64,000 nt of DNA from an uncultured delta proteobacterium (GTDB taxonomy: Bacteria > Myxococcota_A > Polyangia > Fen-1088). Positions 8,881-19,554 of this stretch are shown piece by piece (within the stretch, counting starts at the first letter, position 1; each line of letters begins with the position of its first letter). The stretch lies in the NCBI GenBank assembly GCA_963767925.1, contig CAVYGB010000002.1, positions 544,001-608,000 of the forward strand, read 5' to 3'. Under the pieces are notes generated by a model, which was given only the letters and a program-made list of their open reading frames with translations, was not told where the DNA came from and searched no databases. The translations under genes and the position numbers were made by a program.

Positions 8881-11688
8881 ATGCGCGCAGCTTCGTTGTT
8901 GGCCTGCTGGGTCGTGATGTCCGCGGGGTTCGCGGGGGGATGTGCGACGGCGACGGAGGGCGGCGGGGCCGGGCCGGTTGCGGTCGCCGAGGCCGCCCCC
9001 GCCAAGGTGAACCTCACGCCCCCCGCGGGGCTGCCGCCGCTCATCGAGCGGGAGCTGTTCTTCGACGACCCGGAGATCACCGGCGGGCAGATCTCGCCCG
9101 ACGGAAAGTTCATCTCGTTTCGCAAGCCCTACAAGGGCGTGGTCAACATCTGGGTCAAGCGGCGCGAGGAGCCGTTCGAGGCGGCGCGGCCCCTCACCGC
9201 CGACGCCAAGCGGCCGGTGACCATGTACTTCTGGAGCGAGGACAGCAAGCGCATCCTCTACGCCCAGGACAAGGGCGGCGACGAGAACTTCCGGGTCTAC
9301 ACCGTCGACCCGGCCGGCAAGCCCGACCCCGCCACCGGCGTGCCGCCCGCGCGCGATCTCACCCCCTACCCGGGAGCGCGGGCCATGATCCTCGACCTGC
9401 CCGAGCGGACGCCCGGCGCCCTCATCGTGGGGCTCAACGACCGCGACCCGCAGCTCCACGACGTGTACCGGATCGACCTCGCCACCGGCAAGCGCACCCT
9501 CCTGTTCAAGAACGATCAGAACGTCGCCGGCTGGGAGCTCGACCTGGCCGGCCGCCTGCGCCTGGCCGTGCGGCAGACCGCCGACGGGGGCAGCGAGATC
9601 CTGCGGGTCGACGGCAAGAAGCTGGTCAAGGTCTACACCTGCAGCGCCGAGGAGACCTGCGGGCCGCTCCGCTTTCACAAGGACGGCCGGCGGGTCTACC
9701 TCCTCACCAACCGGGGCGCGCCCGACCTGGCCCGGCTGGTGCTGTTCGACCCCCGCAGCGGGCGCGAGGAGCTGGTGGAGAGCGATCCCGACAACCAGGT
9801 CGACCTGACCACGGTGCGCTTCTCCGACGCCAGCGAGGAGCTGGTGGCGACCTTCTACGAAGGCGAGCGCCTGCGCACCTACCCCCGCGACCCGAAGTTC
9901 CGCCAGGACTACGATCGGGTGCGGCGGGCCTTCCCCGAGGGCGACCTGCGCTTCCAGTCGAGCAGCGAGGACGACCGCCTGCAGCTCGTGAGCGTCACCT
10001 CCGACCTCGACCCGGGCAGCGTGCACCTGTACGACCGGCAGAGCGGCAAGATCGAGCTGCTCTACCGCCCGCGCCCCAAGCTGCCCGTCGAGCACCTGGC
10101 CCCGATGAAGCCGGTGCGCTACGCCGCCCGCGACGGGGTCAGCATCCCCGCCTACCTCACCATCCCCAAGGGGGTCGAGCCGAAGAACCTGCCGGTGGTG
10201 ATCAACCCCCACGGAGGGCCCTGGGCGCGTGATAGCTGGGGCTTCAACAGCCTGGCCCAGTTCCTGGCCAACCGGGGCTACGCGGTCCTGCAGCCCAACT
10301 TCCGGGGGTCGACCGGCTACGGCAAGAAGTTCCTCAACCTCGGCAACGGGCAGTGGGGTACGGGGACCATGCAGCACGACCTCACCGACGGGGTGAAGTG
10401 GCTGATCGACCAGGGCATCGCCGATCCGAAGCGGATCGCCATCGCCGGGGGCTCCTACGGCGGGTACGCCACCCTGGCGGGCGTGGCCTTCACCCCGGAT
10501 CTGTACGCGGCCGGGGTCGACATCGTGGGGCCCTCCAGCATCGTCACGCTGCTCAAGTCGATCCCGCCCTACTGGGCGCCCATCAAGAAGCTGTTCACGG
10601 TGCGGGTCGGCGACCTCGACAAGCCGGCCGACGTCGAGCGGATGAAGGCCCAGTCGCCGCTGCACGCCGCCCAGGCGATCAAGACGCCGCTGCTGGTGAT
10701 CCAGGGGGCCAACGACCCCCGGGTCAAGCAGCCGGAGTCGGACCAGATCGTCATCGCCCTGCGCGAGAACAAGCACCCGGTGGAGTACCTGGTCGCCGCC
10801 GACGAGGGGCACGGCTTCGCCGGCAAGGAGAACCGCCTCGCCATGTTCACGGCGATGGAGAAGTTCCTCGCCAAACACGTCGGTGGCCGCTACCAGGAGA
10901 GCCTGGCGGCGCCGATCGCCGCGCGGCTGGCTGCCCTCACCGTCGACGTGTCGAAGGTGGCGCTCAAGCCGGCGCTCAGCACGGAGGGGTCGGCGCTGGC
11001 CAAGCAGCCGGCCTTCGCCGGCGAGTCGCTGCGGCCGGCGACGCTGAAGTACACCTTCAAGGGCCAGATCATGGGGCGGCCGCTCGAGGGGTCGTCGACC
11101 CTGACCATCGCCGCGGGCAAGCAGGCGGATCGCGCCGTGTGGACCATCTCCGAGGTGAGCAAGACCTCGTTCGGCGACGGCAAGGACACCACCGTGCTCG
11201 ACGGCAAGACGCTGCTGCCGATCGAGCGCAGCGTGCAGCAGGGCCCGGCCACCATCGACGTCGCCTTCACCGACAAGGAGGCGCGCGGCACGATGAAGGC
11301 GGGGCCTCAGGAGATGCCGATCAACGCCAAGCTCGACGGGGCCGTGCTGGTCGACGGCATGCCCCTCAACCTGGCGGTGGGGACGTTGCCCCTGGCCCTC
11401 GGCTACAAGACGCAGCTCCGCAGCTTCGACCTGATGGGCAGCAAGGTCCAGGTCCAGCGGCTCGAGGTGACCGGCGCCGAGGAGGTCACCACGCCGGCCG
11501 GGAAGTTCTCCGCGCTGAAGGTGGTGATCACGCCCGAGGACGGGGTCGGCGGGGTAACCCTCTGGGTGGAGAAGGGCGGCCCGGGCCGCATCCTCAAGTG
11601 GGACGCCCTGCTGGCGCCCAACCGCGGCGGCGGCAAGGTCAGCGCCGAGCTGGTCGACGGCGGCGGCGGCGGCGGCAAGGCGAAGTAG
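8881..11688 (+). CDS. S9-family (prolyl oligopeptidase/acylaminoacyl peptidase) lipoprotein with an extra C-terminal domain
   Basis: [15 protein letters not shown], nucleophile [14 protein letters not shown] and DEGHGF. ~250 aa C-terminal extension. RBS AAGGAG. Confidence 0.9.
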   Translation: MRAASLLACWVVMSAGFAGGCATATEGGGAGPVAVAEAAPAKVNLTPPAGLPPLIERELFFDDPEITGGQISPDGKFISFRKPYKGVVNIWVKRREEPFEAARPLTADAKRPVTMYFWSEDSKRILYAQDKGGDENFRVYTVDPAGKPDPATGVPPARDLTPYPGARAMILDLPERTPGALIVGLNDRDPQLHDVYRIDLATGKRTLLFKNDQNVAGWELDLAGRLRLAVRQTADGGSEILRVDGKKLVKVYTCSAEETCGPLRFHKDGRRVYLLTNRGAPDLARLVLFDPRSGREELVESDPDNQVDLTTVRFSDASEELVATFYEGERLRTYPRDPKFRQDYDRVRRAFPEGDLRFQSSSEDDRLQLVSVTSDLDPGSVHLYDRQSGKIELLYRPRPKLPVEHLAPMKPVRYAARDGVSIPAYLTIPKGVEPKNLPVVINPHGGPWARDSWGFNSLAQFLANRGYAVLQPNFRGSTGYGKKFLNLGNGQWGTGTMQHDLTDGVKWLIDQGIADPKRIAIAGGSYGGYATLAGVAFTPDLYAAGVDIVGPSSIVTLLKSIPPYWAPIKKLFTVRVGDLDKPADVERMKAQSPLHAAQAIKTPLLVIQGANDPRVKQPESDQIVIALRENKHPVEYLVAADEGHGFAGKENRLAMFTAMEKFLAKHVGGRYQESLAAPIAARLAALTVDVSKVALKPALSTEGSALAKQPAFAGESLRPATLKYTFKGQIMGRPLEGSSTLTIAAGKQADRAVWTISEVSKTSFGDGKDTTVLDGKTLLPIERSVQQGPATIDVAFTDKEARGTMKAGPQEMPINAKLDGAVLVDGMPLNLAVGTLPLALGYKTQLRSFDLMGSKVQVQRLEVTGAEEVTTPAGKFSALKVVITPEDGVGGVTLWVEKGGPGRILKWDALLAPNRGGGKVSAELVDGGGGGGKAK

Positions 11689-11754
11689 ACGGCTGCGAGC
11701 ACACCTTGAGCCGCTCGCGCAGGGCGCGGGCGGCGGCGGCATGCTCCTTCAGCA

Positions 11755-14232
11755 TCAGCCGCTCGCGCGCAGGGCGCGGGCGGCGGCGGCGAGGTTGTGC
11801 AGGGCGGGGGCTACCTCCTGCCAGGTGCGGGTCTTCAGGCCGCAGTCGGGGTTGACCCACAGGCGGTCGGCGGGCAGGCCGGCGGCGCGGGCCCGGGCCA
11901 GGCGGTCGGCCATGTCGGCGGCGCTGGGGACGTGCGGCGAGTGGATGTCCCAGACGCCGGGGCCGATCTCGTTGGGATAGCCGGCCGCCGCGAAGGGGGC
12001 GACGGCGTCGCGGCCCGAGCGGGTGGCCTCGATGGTGAGGACGTCGGCGTCGAGGGCGATCACCGCCGGCAAGATGTCGGCGAACTCGGCGTAACACATG
12101 TGGGTGTGGATCTGGGCGGCGGGGGAGACGCCCCCGGCGGCGAGGCGAAAGCAGGCCACCGCCCAGGCCAGGTAGTCGGCGCGGTCGGCGCTGCGCAGGG
12201 GGAGCCCCTCGCGCAGCGCGGGCTCGTCGATCTGGATGATGCCGATGCCGGCGCGCTCGAGGTCGATGGCCTCCTCGCGGATAGCGGCGGCGATCTCGGC
12301 GCAGGTGGCGGCCAGCGGCTGGTCCTCGCGGGGGAAGCTCCACTTGAGGATTGTGGCGGGCCCGGTGAGCATGCCCTTGACCGGGTGGCTGGTGAGCGCC
12401 TGGGCGAAGCGCGCCCAGCGCACGGTGAGGGGGCCACGGCGGCGCACGGGGCCGTGCAAGATGGGCGGGCGCACGTAGCGCGAGCCGTAGCTTTGCACCC
12501 AGCCCTGCTGGGTTGTGACGAAGCCGTCGAGCTGCTCGGCGAAGTGCTCGACCATGTCGGTCCGCTCGAGCTCACCGTGGATGAGCACGTCCAGGCCGGC
12601 CGCCTGCTGCTGGGCGATGGCGGCCGCCGTCTCGCGCTCGAGGGTGGCCTGGTAGGCGGCGGCGTCCAGCTCGCCCGACCGCCAGCGGGCGCGGGCGCCC
12701 CGGATGGCGTCGGTCTGGGGGAGCGAGCCGATGGTGGTGGTGGGCCAGGGCGGGAGCTGGAGGCGCTCGTGCTGGAGGCGCCGGCGGGCGGGGTACGGCA
12801 GCCGCCGGATGAGGGCCCCGCTGCTGTCCCCCGCCGCGGCCAGCGTGAGCAGGCCGGCGAATCGGACCGCGCCGCCGGGGCGGCCGTCGCCCGCAACGGG
12901 GTGGTCAGAACCGGCGAGGGGGCCAGCGCCCGCGACGGGGCGGCCTGCGGCGGCGCCGGGAGAACACCCGCCGACACCAAGGAGCCAGCCACCGGGGAGA
13001 CGGGCGGCGAGGCCGGGAGCGACAGGGCCGGAGATCCTCCGGCTGTCCGCGATCTCCGCGCCCATCGGGGCGCCGCGCAGGGCGCGGGCCAGAGTGACCA
13101 GCTCGGCCAGCTTCTCCTCGGCGAAGGCCAGGCGCGGGCGGACCTCGGCGGGGATGGCCGGCTCGGCCCGCAGCGACCAGGGGACGTGGAGGAGCGAGCA
13201 GGAGGGGGCGATCATCAGGTGCTCGCTGCCGACCGCGGCGCGCGCCCGCTCGAGCTGGGCCCAGGCGGCGGCCAGGTCGGTGCGCCAGACGTTGCGGCCG
13301 TCGACCACCCCGAGCGAGAGCGTCCGCCCGCGCGGGAAGCGCTCGAGCAGGTCGGGCAGCTCGGCCCGGCCGCGGACGGCGTCGACGTGCAGGCCGGCCA
13401 CCGGCAGGCGCAGGAAGGTGTCGAGGTTGGCGCCGAGCGGGCCGAAGTAGGTCGCCACCAGCAGCCGCAGCCGGGGGGCCGCCGCGCGCAGCAGCTCGCA
13501 GGACCGGGCCAGGGCCGCCCGCCACGCGTCCGGCAGATCCAGCGCCAGGACCGGCTCGTCGAGCTGCACCCATGAAGCGCCCTGACGATCCAGCCGCTGC
13601 AGCACCTGGGCGTACACCGCCAGCAGCGGCGGCAGCAGCGACAGCGGGTCGAACCCGGCGGGCGCGTCTTCGGCGGCCTTGGCGAGCCGCAGGAAGGTCA
13701 CCGGCCCCAGCAGCACCGGCTTGGCCGCCAGCCCCGCCGCCCGGGCCGCGGCCAGCTCCTCGAAGGGCTTGTCGTGGGCCAGCCGGAAGGTGGTGCCCGG
13801 CCCCAGCTCCGGCACCAGGTGGTGGTAGTTGGTGTCGAACCACTTCGTCATCTCCAGCGCCCGCTGGCCGCGGGCCCCGCCCCGGGCCATCGCGAACATC
13901 GTCGCGGTCGAGATGCGCGCCTCCGCGAAGTCGAAGCGGGCCGGCACCGCCCCCACCAGACAGAGGGTGTCGAGCACGTGGTCGTACAGGGAGAAGTCGT
14001 TGCTCGCCACCAGGTCCACGCCGGCCTGGCGCTGCGCCTCCCACCCCTTCCGCCGCAGCCCCCGGGCCGTCTCGGCCAGCGCCGCCTCGCCGAGCTCTCC
14101 GCGCCAGTGGCGCTCGAGGGCCCGCTTCAGCTCCCGCCGGGGCCCGATGCGCGGGACCCCCAGCGTGTGGGTCAGGGGAGGCAAGGGAGAATCGAGAGGA
14201 GGTGCCGGGGACGGCGTCGCGTGCGAGCCCAT
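11755..14232 (-). CDS. metE: Cobalamin-independent methionine synthase
   Basis: PRIGPRRELK, EMTKWFDTNYH, PTTTIGSLPQT, WVQSYGSR and Zn-ligand motifs HTHMCY and NPDCGLKTR. Confidence 0.95.
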   Translation of the reverse strand: MGSHATPSPAPPLDSPLPPLTHTLGVPRIGPRRELKRALERHWRGELGEAALAETARGLRRKGWEAQRQAGVDLVASNDFSLYDHVLDTLCLVGAVPARFDFAEARISTATMFAMARGGARGQRALEMTKWFDTNYHHLVPELGPGTTFRLAHDKPFEELAAARAAGLAAKPVLLGPVTFLRLAKAAEDAPAGFDPLSLLPPLLAVYAQVLQRLDRQGASWVQLDEPVLALDLPDAWRAALARSCELLRAAAPRLRLLVATYFGPLGANLDTFLRLPVAGLHVDAVRGRAELPDLLERFPRGRTLSLGVVDGRNVWRTDLAAAWAQLERARAAVGSEHLMIAPSCSLLHVPWSLRAEPAIPAEVRPRLAFAEEKLAELVTLARALRGAPMGAEIADSRRISGPVAPGLAARLPGGWLLGVGGCSPGAAAGRPVAGAGPLAGSDHPVAGDGRPGGAVRFAGLLTLAAAGDSSGALIRRLPYPARRRLQHERLQLPPWPTTTIGSLPQTDAIRGARARWRSGELDAAAYQATLERETAAAIAQQQAAGLDVLIHGELERTDMVEHFAEQLDGFVTTQQGWVQSYGSRYVRPPILHGPVRRRGPLTVRWARFAQALTSHPVKGMLTGPATILKWSFPREDQPLAATCAEIAAAIREEAIDLERAGIGIIQIDEPALREGLPLRSADRADYLAWAVACFRLAAGGVSPAAQIHTHMCYAEFADILPAVIALDADVLTIEATRSGRDAVAPFAAAGYPNEIGPGVWDIHSPHVPSAADMADRLARARAAGLPADRLWVNPDCGLKTRTWQEVAPALHNLAAAARALRASG

Positions 14233-14350
14233 GCCCCGGTTGTAGGGCCGCGCCCCCCGCGGGCGTTACCTCGAGTTTTTCACTCTCATCTTCGATTCTC
14301 TGCAGCGACCCGGCGGTTGATCTTCCGCCGCCGGCAGGGAAAGGTGGGGC
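14233..14350. promoter_or_regulatory. Divergent metE/metR control region
   Basis: AT-richer intergenic segment between divergent metE and metR. Only a degenerate TGAA-type box is visible. Confidence 0.45.
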
Positions 14351-15265
14351 ATGGTCGAGGTCCGTCATCTGCGCACCATCGTCGCCCTCGCCGACACCGG
14401 CAGCCTGGGCCGGGCCGCCAAGCGCGTGCACCTGAGCGGCAGCGCCCTGTCCCACCAGCTCAAGCTGATCGAGGATCACTACGGCGAGCTTTACGTGCGC
14501 AAGAGCCAGCCGCTGCGCCTGACCGCCGTCGGCCGCCGGCTGCTGCGGCTGGCCCGGGTGGTGGAGGAGGCCGTCTCGGAGACGGAGCGCGACCTGGCCC
14601 TGCTCGAGGGCGGGCGCTCGGGCGACCTTCGGGTGGCGGTGGAGTGCCACTCCTGCTTCGACTGGCTGATGCCGGCCATGGACGAGTTCCGCGAGGTGTG
14701 GGACGCCGTCGAGCTCGACCTGGTCTCCGGCTTTCACCCCGACCCGGTGGGCCTGCTGGCCGAGCGGCGCGCCGACCTGGTGATCGTCTCGCGCCGCGAC
14801 GGCCGCCCCGGCATCAGCTACCACCCGCTGTTTCGCTTCCAGATGCTCGCCCTGGTCCCCAACCGCCACGCCTACGCCAGCAAGCCGTTCCTCACCGCGA
14901 AGGACTTCGCCTCCGAGACCCTCGTCACCTACCCCATCCCCGACGACCGCCTCGACGTCATCCGCGAAGTCCTGGCCCCCGCCGGCGTCGACCCCCCACG
15001 CCGCACCACCGACCTCACCGTCGCCATCCTGCAGCTCGTGGCCAGCCGCCGCGGCGTCGCCGTCCTCCCCGGCTGGGCCGTCGAGCCCTATCTCTCCCGC
15101 GGCTACGTCACCGCCCGCCCCATCACCCCCCAGGGCCTCTGGAGCACCCTCTTCGCCGCCACCACCACCCGCACCGCCCGCCTCGACTACATGCGCGCCT
15201 TCATCGAGACCATGCGCCGGGTGAGCTTCACCCAGCTGCAGGGGCTGCAGCCCGTCTCAGGTTGA
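14351..15265 (+). CDS. metR: LysR-family regulator MetR
   Basis: HTH with SALSHQLK, RKSQPLRLT and the MetR-specific VECHSCFDWLMP motif. Divergent from metE. Confidence 0.92.
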   Translation: MVEVRHLRTIVALADTGSLGRAAKRVHLSGSALSHQLKLIEDHYGELYVRKSQPLRLTAVGRRLLRLARVVEEAVSETERDLALLEGGRSGDLRVAVECHSCFDWLMPAMDEFREVWDAVELDLVSGFHPDPVGLLAERRADLVIVSRRDGRPGISYHPLFRFQMLALVPNRHAYASKPFLTAKDFASETLVTYPIPDDRLDVIREVLAPAGVDPPRRTTDLTVAILQLVASRRGVAVLPGWAVEPYLSRGYVTARPITPQGLWSTLFAATTTRTARLDYMRAFIETMRRVSFTQLQGLQPVSG

Positions 15266-15326
15266 AGGGGGGGGCGGCGCGGGTGTGGGCGTGCCGCCTG
15301 ATTGCGCGAAGCCCCGCCGGGCGGGA

Positions 15327-18023
15327 TCAGGGCCAGGTTTCGACGGCGACCGAGAGCTGCCAGTTTCTGACGAGGAGGACGGCGATCGCGCTGTCGGACA
15401 GCGGGACCGCGAAGGGCGGGTAGTCGGCGGCAGGCAGGACCTTCGCCGGGGCGAAGCTGCTCGCGCCCGCCTCCAGGCGGCGGGCCTCCACGGCACTGCA
15501 GACGCGGTCGGGGGTCGCGCTCAGCACGACGACGTTATCCCAGGCGTCGGCCACAAGACTGTGGGAAAACGAGAACCGATCGATCAGCCCGGGGAGAGGA
15601 CACGCCAACAGCTCGGGTAGCCCGGGGATCGTCTCCGGGGCGGCAGACCCGTCGCGCCGCCCGATAGTCAGGTCCCTGGACGTGCCGAACAGCAGGTTCG
15701 GGCTCACCGCCAGGGAGTTGCTCCACGCCCGATTGCCCGGGGGGAAACGGGGGCCCAGCTCGAAGGACCTGCCGTCGTCGCGGCTGGTGTGCAAGGTAAT
15801 GTAGTAGTCGTAGGGGTCGTCGGGCAGGGCCCAGAGGGTGTTGTCGGGGTCGACCCCCACCAGCACCGGTGCACCCGGCAGCATCGGCTTGAAGGATTGG
15901 AAGGTGCGGCCGGCGTCGTCGCTGAGCCACCAGGTGTTGCCGGTGACGGTGTCGGCAGTGACCAGCACCCGATCACCGGCGGCCGCCACGCGGAAGTTCC
16001 CGGGGGAGGGGTTGAGCATCTGGGGCGGCTGCCAGGTGACGCCCGCGTCCTCGGTGCGAACGATCGAGAGCCCTCCCGGGCCGTTGGTCGCCACCACCGC
16101 CAGACCGGGGCTGCCGGCCACCACCACCGCGCTGTAATTGATAGAGGAGGAAAGGCCGGTGTCGATCGGCGCACCGAAGGTGCGCCCGCCGTCCAGGCTC
16201 ACCATCACGAAGACGGTGGTCCCGGAGGGGCCAGCGTCGGCCCGGGGAGGCGGGGCGCCGCCGTCGGCCGGGGACATGGACGGGTCGCAGACCATCATCG
16301 CGTACAGAATGCCGGCCTGATCGACGGCGAGGTGCTGGAAGCCGTAAGTGCGGTTGCAGGGAAGGTCGCCGCTGATCACATGGGCGACCACCCGCTCGAA
16401 GTCGTTGTCGGTGTTTTGCGCGGGGCGATCGTCGGGGTCGATGCCGGAGTAGTCGACGTCGGCGCTGGCGGCGGGGCCGAACAGGACCTGATAGCCCTGG
16501 CTGCCGTCGCGCTCGTCGTCGTCGATGCCGGTCACGGTGACGGTCTGGGGCTGGTTCCAGGTAACGGGATCGAACACCAGCTCGGCGGGGCTCGCCTTGC
16601 CCTCGCCCTCGTCGCTGGTGGAAATGGGTAGGCGCACAGTGGCCGAGGGGGCCCGTCTGAGCACCACCTTGAAGGTCGCCTCGATGCCCGACTCGGAAGT
16701 GAACAGGATGGCCCGCCCCTCGAAGCTGAAGCCGGGCTCGTCATCGCGGTTCACCAGCGGCACGGCGCTGCCGCTCACCCCGGCGTAACGTGGGTCCTGC
16801 GAAACCGCAGGCCCGATGGCGACGCTGTAAGATCCATCGCCGTCCCGGGCGCTGTCGTCGGCGCCGGTGACGGTGACCGTCTGCGGTTTCTGCCAGTTGT
16901 CGGCCGTGAAGTGCAAGGTGGACGGGCTGGCGGTACCCTCGGCTGGCACCGTGCTGGCGATAGGGACATCGACCGGCTCGATCACCGGTGCGCCCAGCGC
17001 GACCTCGAAGGTGGCTTGACCGCCCGCTTCGCTGGTGGTCAGCCAGCGAGCCGCGCGGACGGAGATCGAGCCCGGCGGCGGCGGCATGATCACCAAGAGA
17101 TTGAACGGCTTCTGCGGCGAACCCTCGAAGGTGGTGGCCTCAACCACCAAGGTCTTGGTTTCCGAGTCGTTGTTGACGAAGTTGAGGTCAAAGAAACCGC
17201 CGGAACGACAGCTCGTGGCCGCGCAGCCGTCGCGCGCCACCAGATGCGCCGAGTTGACAAAATCCCCTTCGGCGGGCTGGACGATCAGGCGCAGCGACTG
17301 CTGGGGAGACAAGGTGGCGGTGTAAAATAGCGAGGGGACCCCGCGTTTGTTGCAGAGGCCTACGTTGCCTTCCGACAGGTCCTGATTGCGCAGCACCTGC
17401 CCATCCGACAGCGGAAGCGCAGTGGCGCAGGTCAGGTTCGGCGGCGGCTCGGCGATGGCGATCTCCAGCCGAAAGCGGGCGCCGCTGGCCAGCGCCAGCG
17501 AGGAGACGGCCAGCAATACCGTCTGCTCGGTGGCTCCGTCGTTGCGGTAGCGAAGCACCGATTGCCCCTGGGTGGGGTCGCTGGTCTGACAGAAGTTCGC
17601 CCCCGCGTCGCCGGCGCCGCCCGCACTGCAGCTCGAGAACGCCTGCAGGACCGGGGTCCAGGGCCGGTCGCCGGCGGTGGGCACCGCCCGGGCGGTGAGG
17701 CGCTGGCCCGCGGGGATCACCGCCCGGTAAAACAGCGCCGGGCGCGGCTCGCCGGCGACGCAGGGGGAGGGGTCGCGGGCCAGGTCCAGCTCCTGGTCGA
17801 CGAGCCGCGCACCGTCGCCGACGCGGAGGGCGCTGGCGCAGCTCGTCGGGCCGGGACCCTGGGGCACGTCCTCGGCGCCGTCACTGCCGCCGGCGCCGTC
17901 ACTGCCGCCGGCAGCGTCGCGCCCGCCGTCCGCCACCGTCGGCGCCCCCGGTCCTTCCTGGCAGCCAGCCCCCAGCGCCGCCTCGAGCAGCAACGCCCCC
18001 GCCCACCCACCGAATGTTCGCAT
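15327..18023 (-). CDS. Large secreted/lipoprotein with two Calx-beta/cadherin-like repeats and a BNR (Asp-box) domain
   Basis: Signal ending AGC. Repeats FTADNWQKPQTVTVTGADD and FDPVTWNQPQTVTVTGIDD. Asp-boxes SLDGGRTF, TEDAGVTW, SDDAGRTF and SRDDGRSF. Start chosen at ATG 18023. Confidence 0.75.
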   Translation of the reverse strand: MRTFGGWAGALLLEAALGAGCQEGPGAPTVADGGRDAAGGSDGAGGSDGAEDVPQGPGPTSCASALRVGDGARLVDQELDLARDPSPCVAGEPRPALFYRAVIPAGQRLTARAVPTAGDRPWTPVLQAFSSCSAGGAGDAGANFCQTSDPTQGQSVLRYRNDGATEQTVLLAVSSLALASGARFRLEIAIAEPPPNLTCATALPLSDGQVLRNQDLSEGNVGLCNKRGVPSLFYTATLSPQQSLRLIVQPAEGDFVNSAHLVARDGCAATSCRSGGFFDLNFVNNDSETKTLVVEATTFEGSPQKPFNLLVIMPPPPGSISVRAARWLTTSEAGGQATFEVALGAPVIEPVDVPIASTVPAEGTASPSTLHFTADNWQKPQTVTVTGADDSARDGDGSYSVAIGPAVSQDPRYAGVSGSAVPLVNRDDEPGFSFEGRAILFTSESGIEATFKVVLRRAPSATVRLPISTSDEGEGKASPAELVFDPVTWNQPQTVTVTGIDDDERDGSQGYQVLFGPAASADVDYSGIDPDDRPAQNTDNDFERVVAHVISGDLPCNRTYGFQHLAVDQAGILYAMMVCDPSMSPADGGAPPPRADAGPSGTTVFVMVSLDGGRTFGAPIDTGLSSSINYSAVVVAGSPGLAVVATNGPGGLSIVRTEDAGVTWQPPQMLNPSPGNFRVAAAGDRVLVTADTVTGNTWWLSDDAGRTFQSFKPMLPGAPVLVGVDPDNTLWALPDDPYDYYITLHTSRDDGRSFELGPRFPPGNRAWSNSLAVSPNLLFGTSRDLTIGRRDGSAAPETIPGLPELLACPLPGLIDRFSFSHSLVADAWDNVVVLSATPDRVCSAVEARRLEAGASSFAPAKVLPAADYPPFAVPLSDSAIAVLLVRNWQLSVAVETWP

Positions 18024-18265
18024 CTGCTGCCTCCTGACGAGCCCGGCCAGGTCGTGGAGCTGCGGCGCCCGGAAGGGAGCACCGGCGCCGACGTCGGCCA
18101 TGATGATCCAACGTCGGCTGGTGGCCGCTCCGATGAAAGAGCACGGTGGCCCTGATTCCGCGACGCAGCGACCTGGTCCGGCGCTCACCGTCACCGACAA
18201 GACGCCACATCTGACTAGGGACTGTTTTCGAAGTAGTCGGGTCCCCTCGCTTCGCTCGGGCCCGA

Positions 18266-19042
18266 CTAGCCCGCGCCGCCGCCGCGGGGCCAGGTCTCCT
18301 TCCGGAAGCGCTGGTACCAGGCCTCCGAGGCCGCGTCGGCCAGGCGGTCGAAGGCGGGGGCCGGGATGGCGACCGACTCGCGCCCGGGGATCTCCAGGAA
18401 GTCGAGCAGGCCGCGCACGGTCTGCTCGTACGAGGCGATGAAGTCCTCGTAGACGATGGTGTATGGGACCACGCCCCAGCGATCGAACACCTCCTGCATC
18501 TCCGCCTCGCGCGCGCTGGCCCCCACGAGGAGCTCGCGGAGGGCGTCGGGGTTGTACTTGTCGATGACCTCGGCGGCGCTGGTCCTTCTGGGCGCCTGCC
18601 CCACCACGGTGTCGTCCCGGTTGGGCCGGTGCCACTCCTCGGACACGATCGCCCGCCACCAGGAGACCGCCAGCCGCAGCTTGTTCCGCCGGGTCAGGAA
18701 CACGTGTTTGCAGGCCGGATAGAACGCCTCCCAGGCCTTGCGCCCGTCGGGATCCGGCACCCCCGGGATCACCTGCCCGAACAGCGCCGTCAGGTCGTCG
18801 TGCCCGTTCATCCCATATTTCGTCCCGATCACTCCGTTGGCCGTCGTGGCCTCCCGCCAGAGGTGCTCCCGCAGCCCGCTGGCCCCGACCACCCCGTATT
18901 TCGCCGGCAGCCCCGCCCCCGCCGCGTCGTAGAGCCACTCGCGCGGCCGCCCGGCGACGCCGGTGTCCTCGAGCGCCTGGGTCAGCAGCGTGCTGCCCAC
19001 CCGCTGGCTGAACCAGATGAGATATGAGCGCGTCGGATGCAT
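18266..19042 (-). CDS. Stf0-family sulfotransferase
   Basis: PAPS-binding QRVGSTLL, GVAGRPREW, LTRRNKLRLAVSWWRA and IVYEDF. Confidence 0.88.
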   Translation of the reverse strand: MHPTRSYLIWFSQRVGSTLLTQALEDTGVAGRPREWLYDAAGAGLPAKYGVVGASGLREHLWREATTANGVIGTKYGMNGHDDLTALFGQVIPGVPDPDGRKAWEAFYPACKHVFLTRRNKLRLAVSWWRAIVSEEWHRPNRDDTVVGQAPRRTSAAEVIDKYNPDALRELLVGASAREAEMQEVFDRWGVVPYTIVYEDFIASYEQTVRGLLDFLEIPGRESVAIPAPAFDRLADAASEAWYQRFRKETWPRGGGAG

Positions 19043-19050
19043 GCCGTAGC

Positions 19051-19554
19051 CTACAGCTTCCTGAAGGGTTGGGGCGCCAGGGTGAGGGTGGCGGTGGCGC
19101 CTTCCACGCCGGTGATCTTCTCGATGATGCCCACGTCGGCCAGGGCGCGGGCCACGCCTTCGAGTAGAGCCGGGCCGAGGTCGGCCAGGGCCTTCGGGTT
19201 GGCCAGGACCACCACCACGCGGCAGCGGTGGCCGCTGGCGAGGAGGGTTCGCAGGTGGTCCACCTTGAGGGTCAGATCGGGGGGGGCGATGCTGGCGCTG
19301 ATCCAGAGCTCCTCGACGGTGGCGTCGCCGCCGTGCAGGCGCCGGGCCGCCTTCAGACGTTTGGCCGACTCGAACTTGAATCGGGCGAAATCCATCATCC
19401 GGTAGACCGGGGGGTCGGCCTCGGCGTCGACGACCATCAGCTCGAGGCGCCGCTCCTCGGTCAGCCGCCGCGCCTCATCGATCGCCACGATCCCGACCTC
19501 GCGTCCCCGGGAATCCAGCAGGCGCACCGAGGGCGGATCCAGCGGGGCGGTCAC
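19051..19554 (-). CDS. Divergent translation initiation factor IF-3-like protein
   Basis: VRLLDSRGREVGIV...LELMVV...PPVYRMMDFARFKFE matches the IF3 N-domain; a degenerate C-domain follows. GTG start with RBS GGAGGGG. Confidence 0.8.
   Translation of the reverse strand: MTAPLDPPSVRLLDSRGREVGIVAIDEARRLTEERRLELMVVDAEADPPVYRMMDFARFKFESAKRLKAARRLHGGDATVEELWISASIAPPDLTLKVDHLRTLLASGHRCRVVVVLANPKALADLGPALLEGVARALADVGIIEKITGVEGATATLTLAPQPFRKL

Noticed and set aside
5012..11742. Long antisense ORFs (e.g. 5012-7213, 7261-8778, 8830-11742; also 35083-38202 and 41432-43486)
   Set aside because: Shadow frames of recognisable high-GC genes, with no family motifs.
14233..14350. SAM or cobalamin riboswitch upstream of metE
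   Set aside because: The region is short, no aptamer consensus was recognised, and divergent metR explains the regulation.
18213..18270. MITE end plus hairpin
   Set aside because: The hairpin is present, but there is no matching second end or other copy in the window.
15327..18938. A single 1203 aa protein
   Set aside because: The first ~300 codons overlap the Stf0 gene in another frame; a credible signal peptide starts at 18023.
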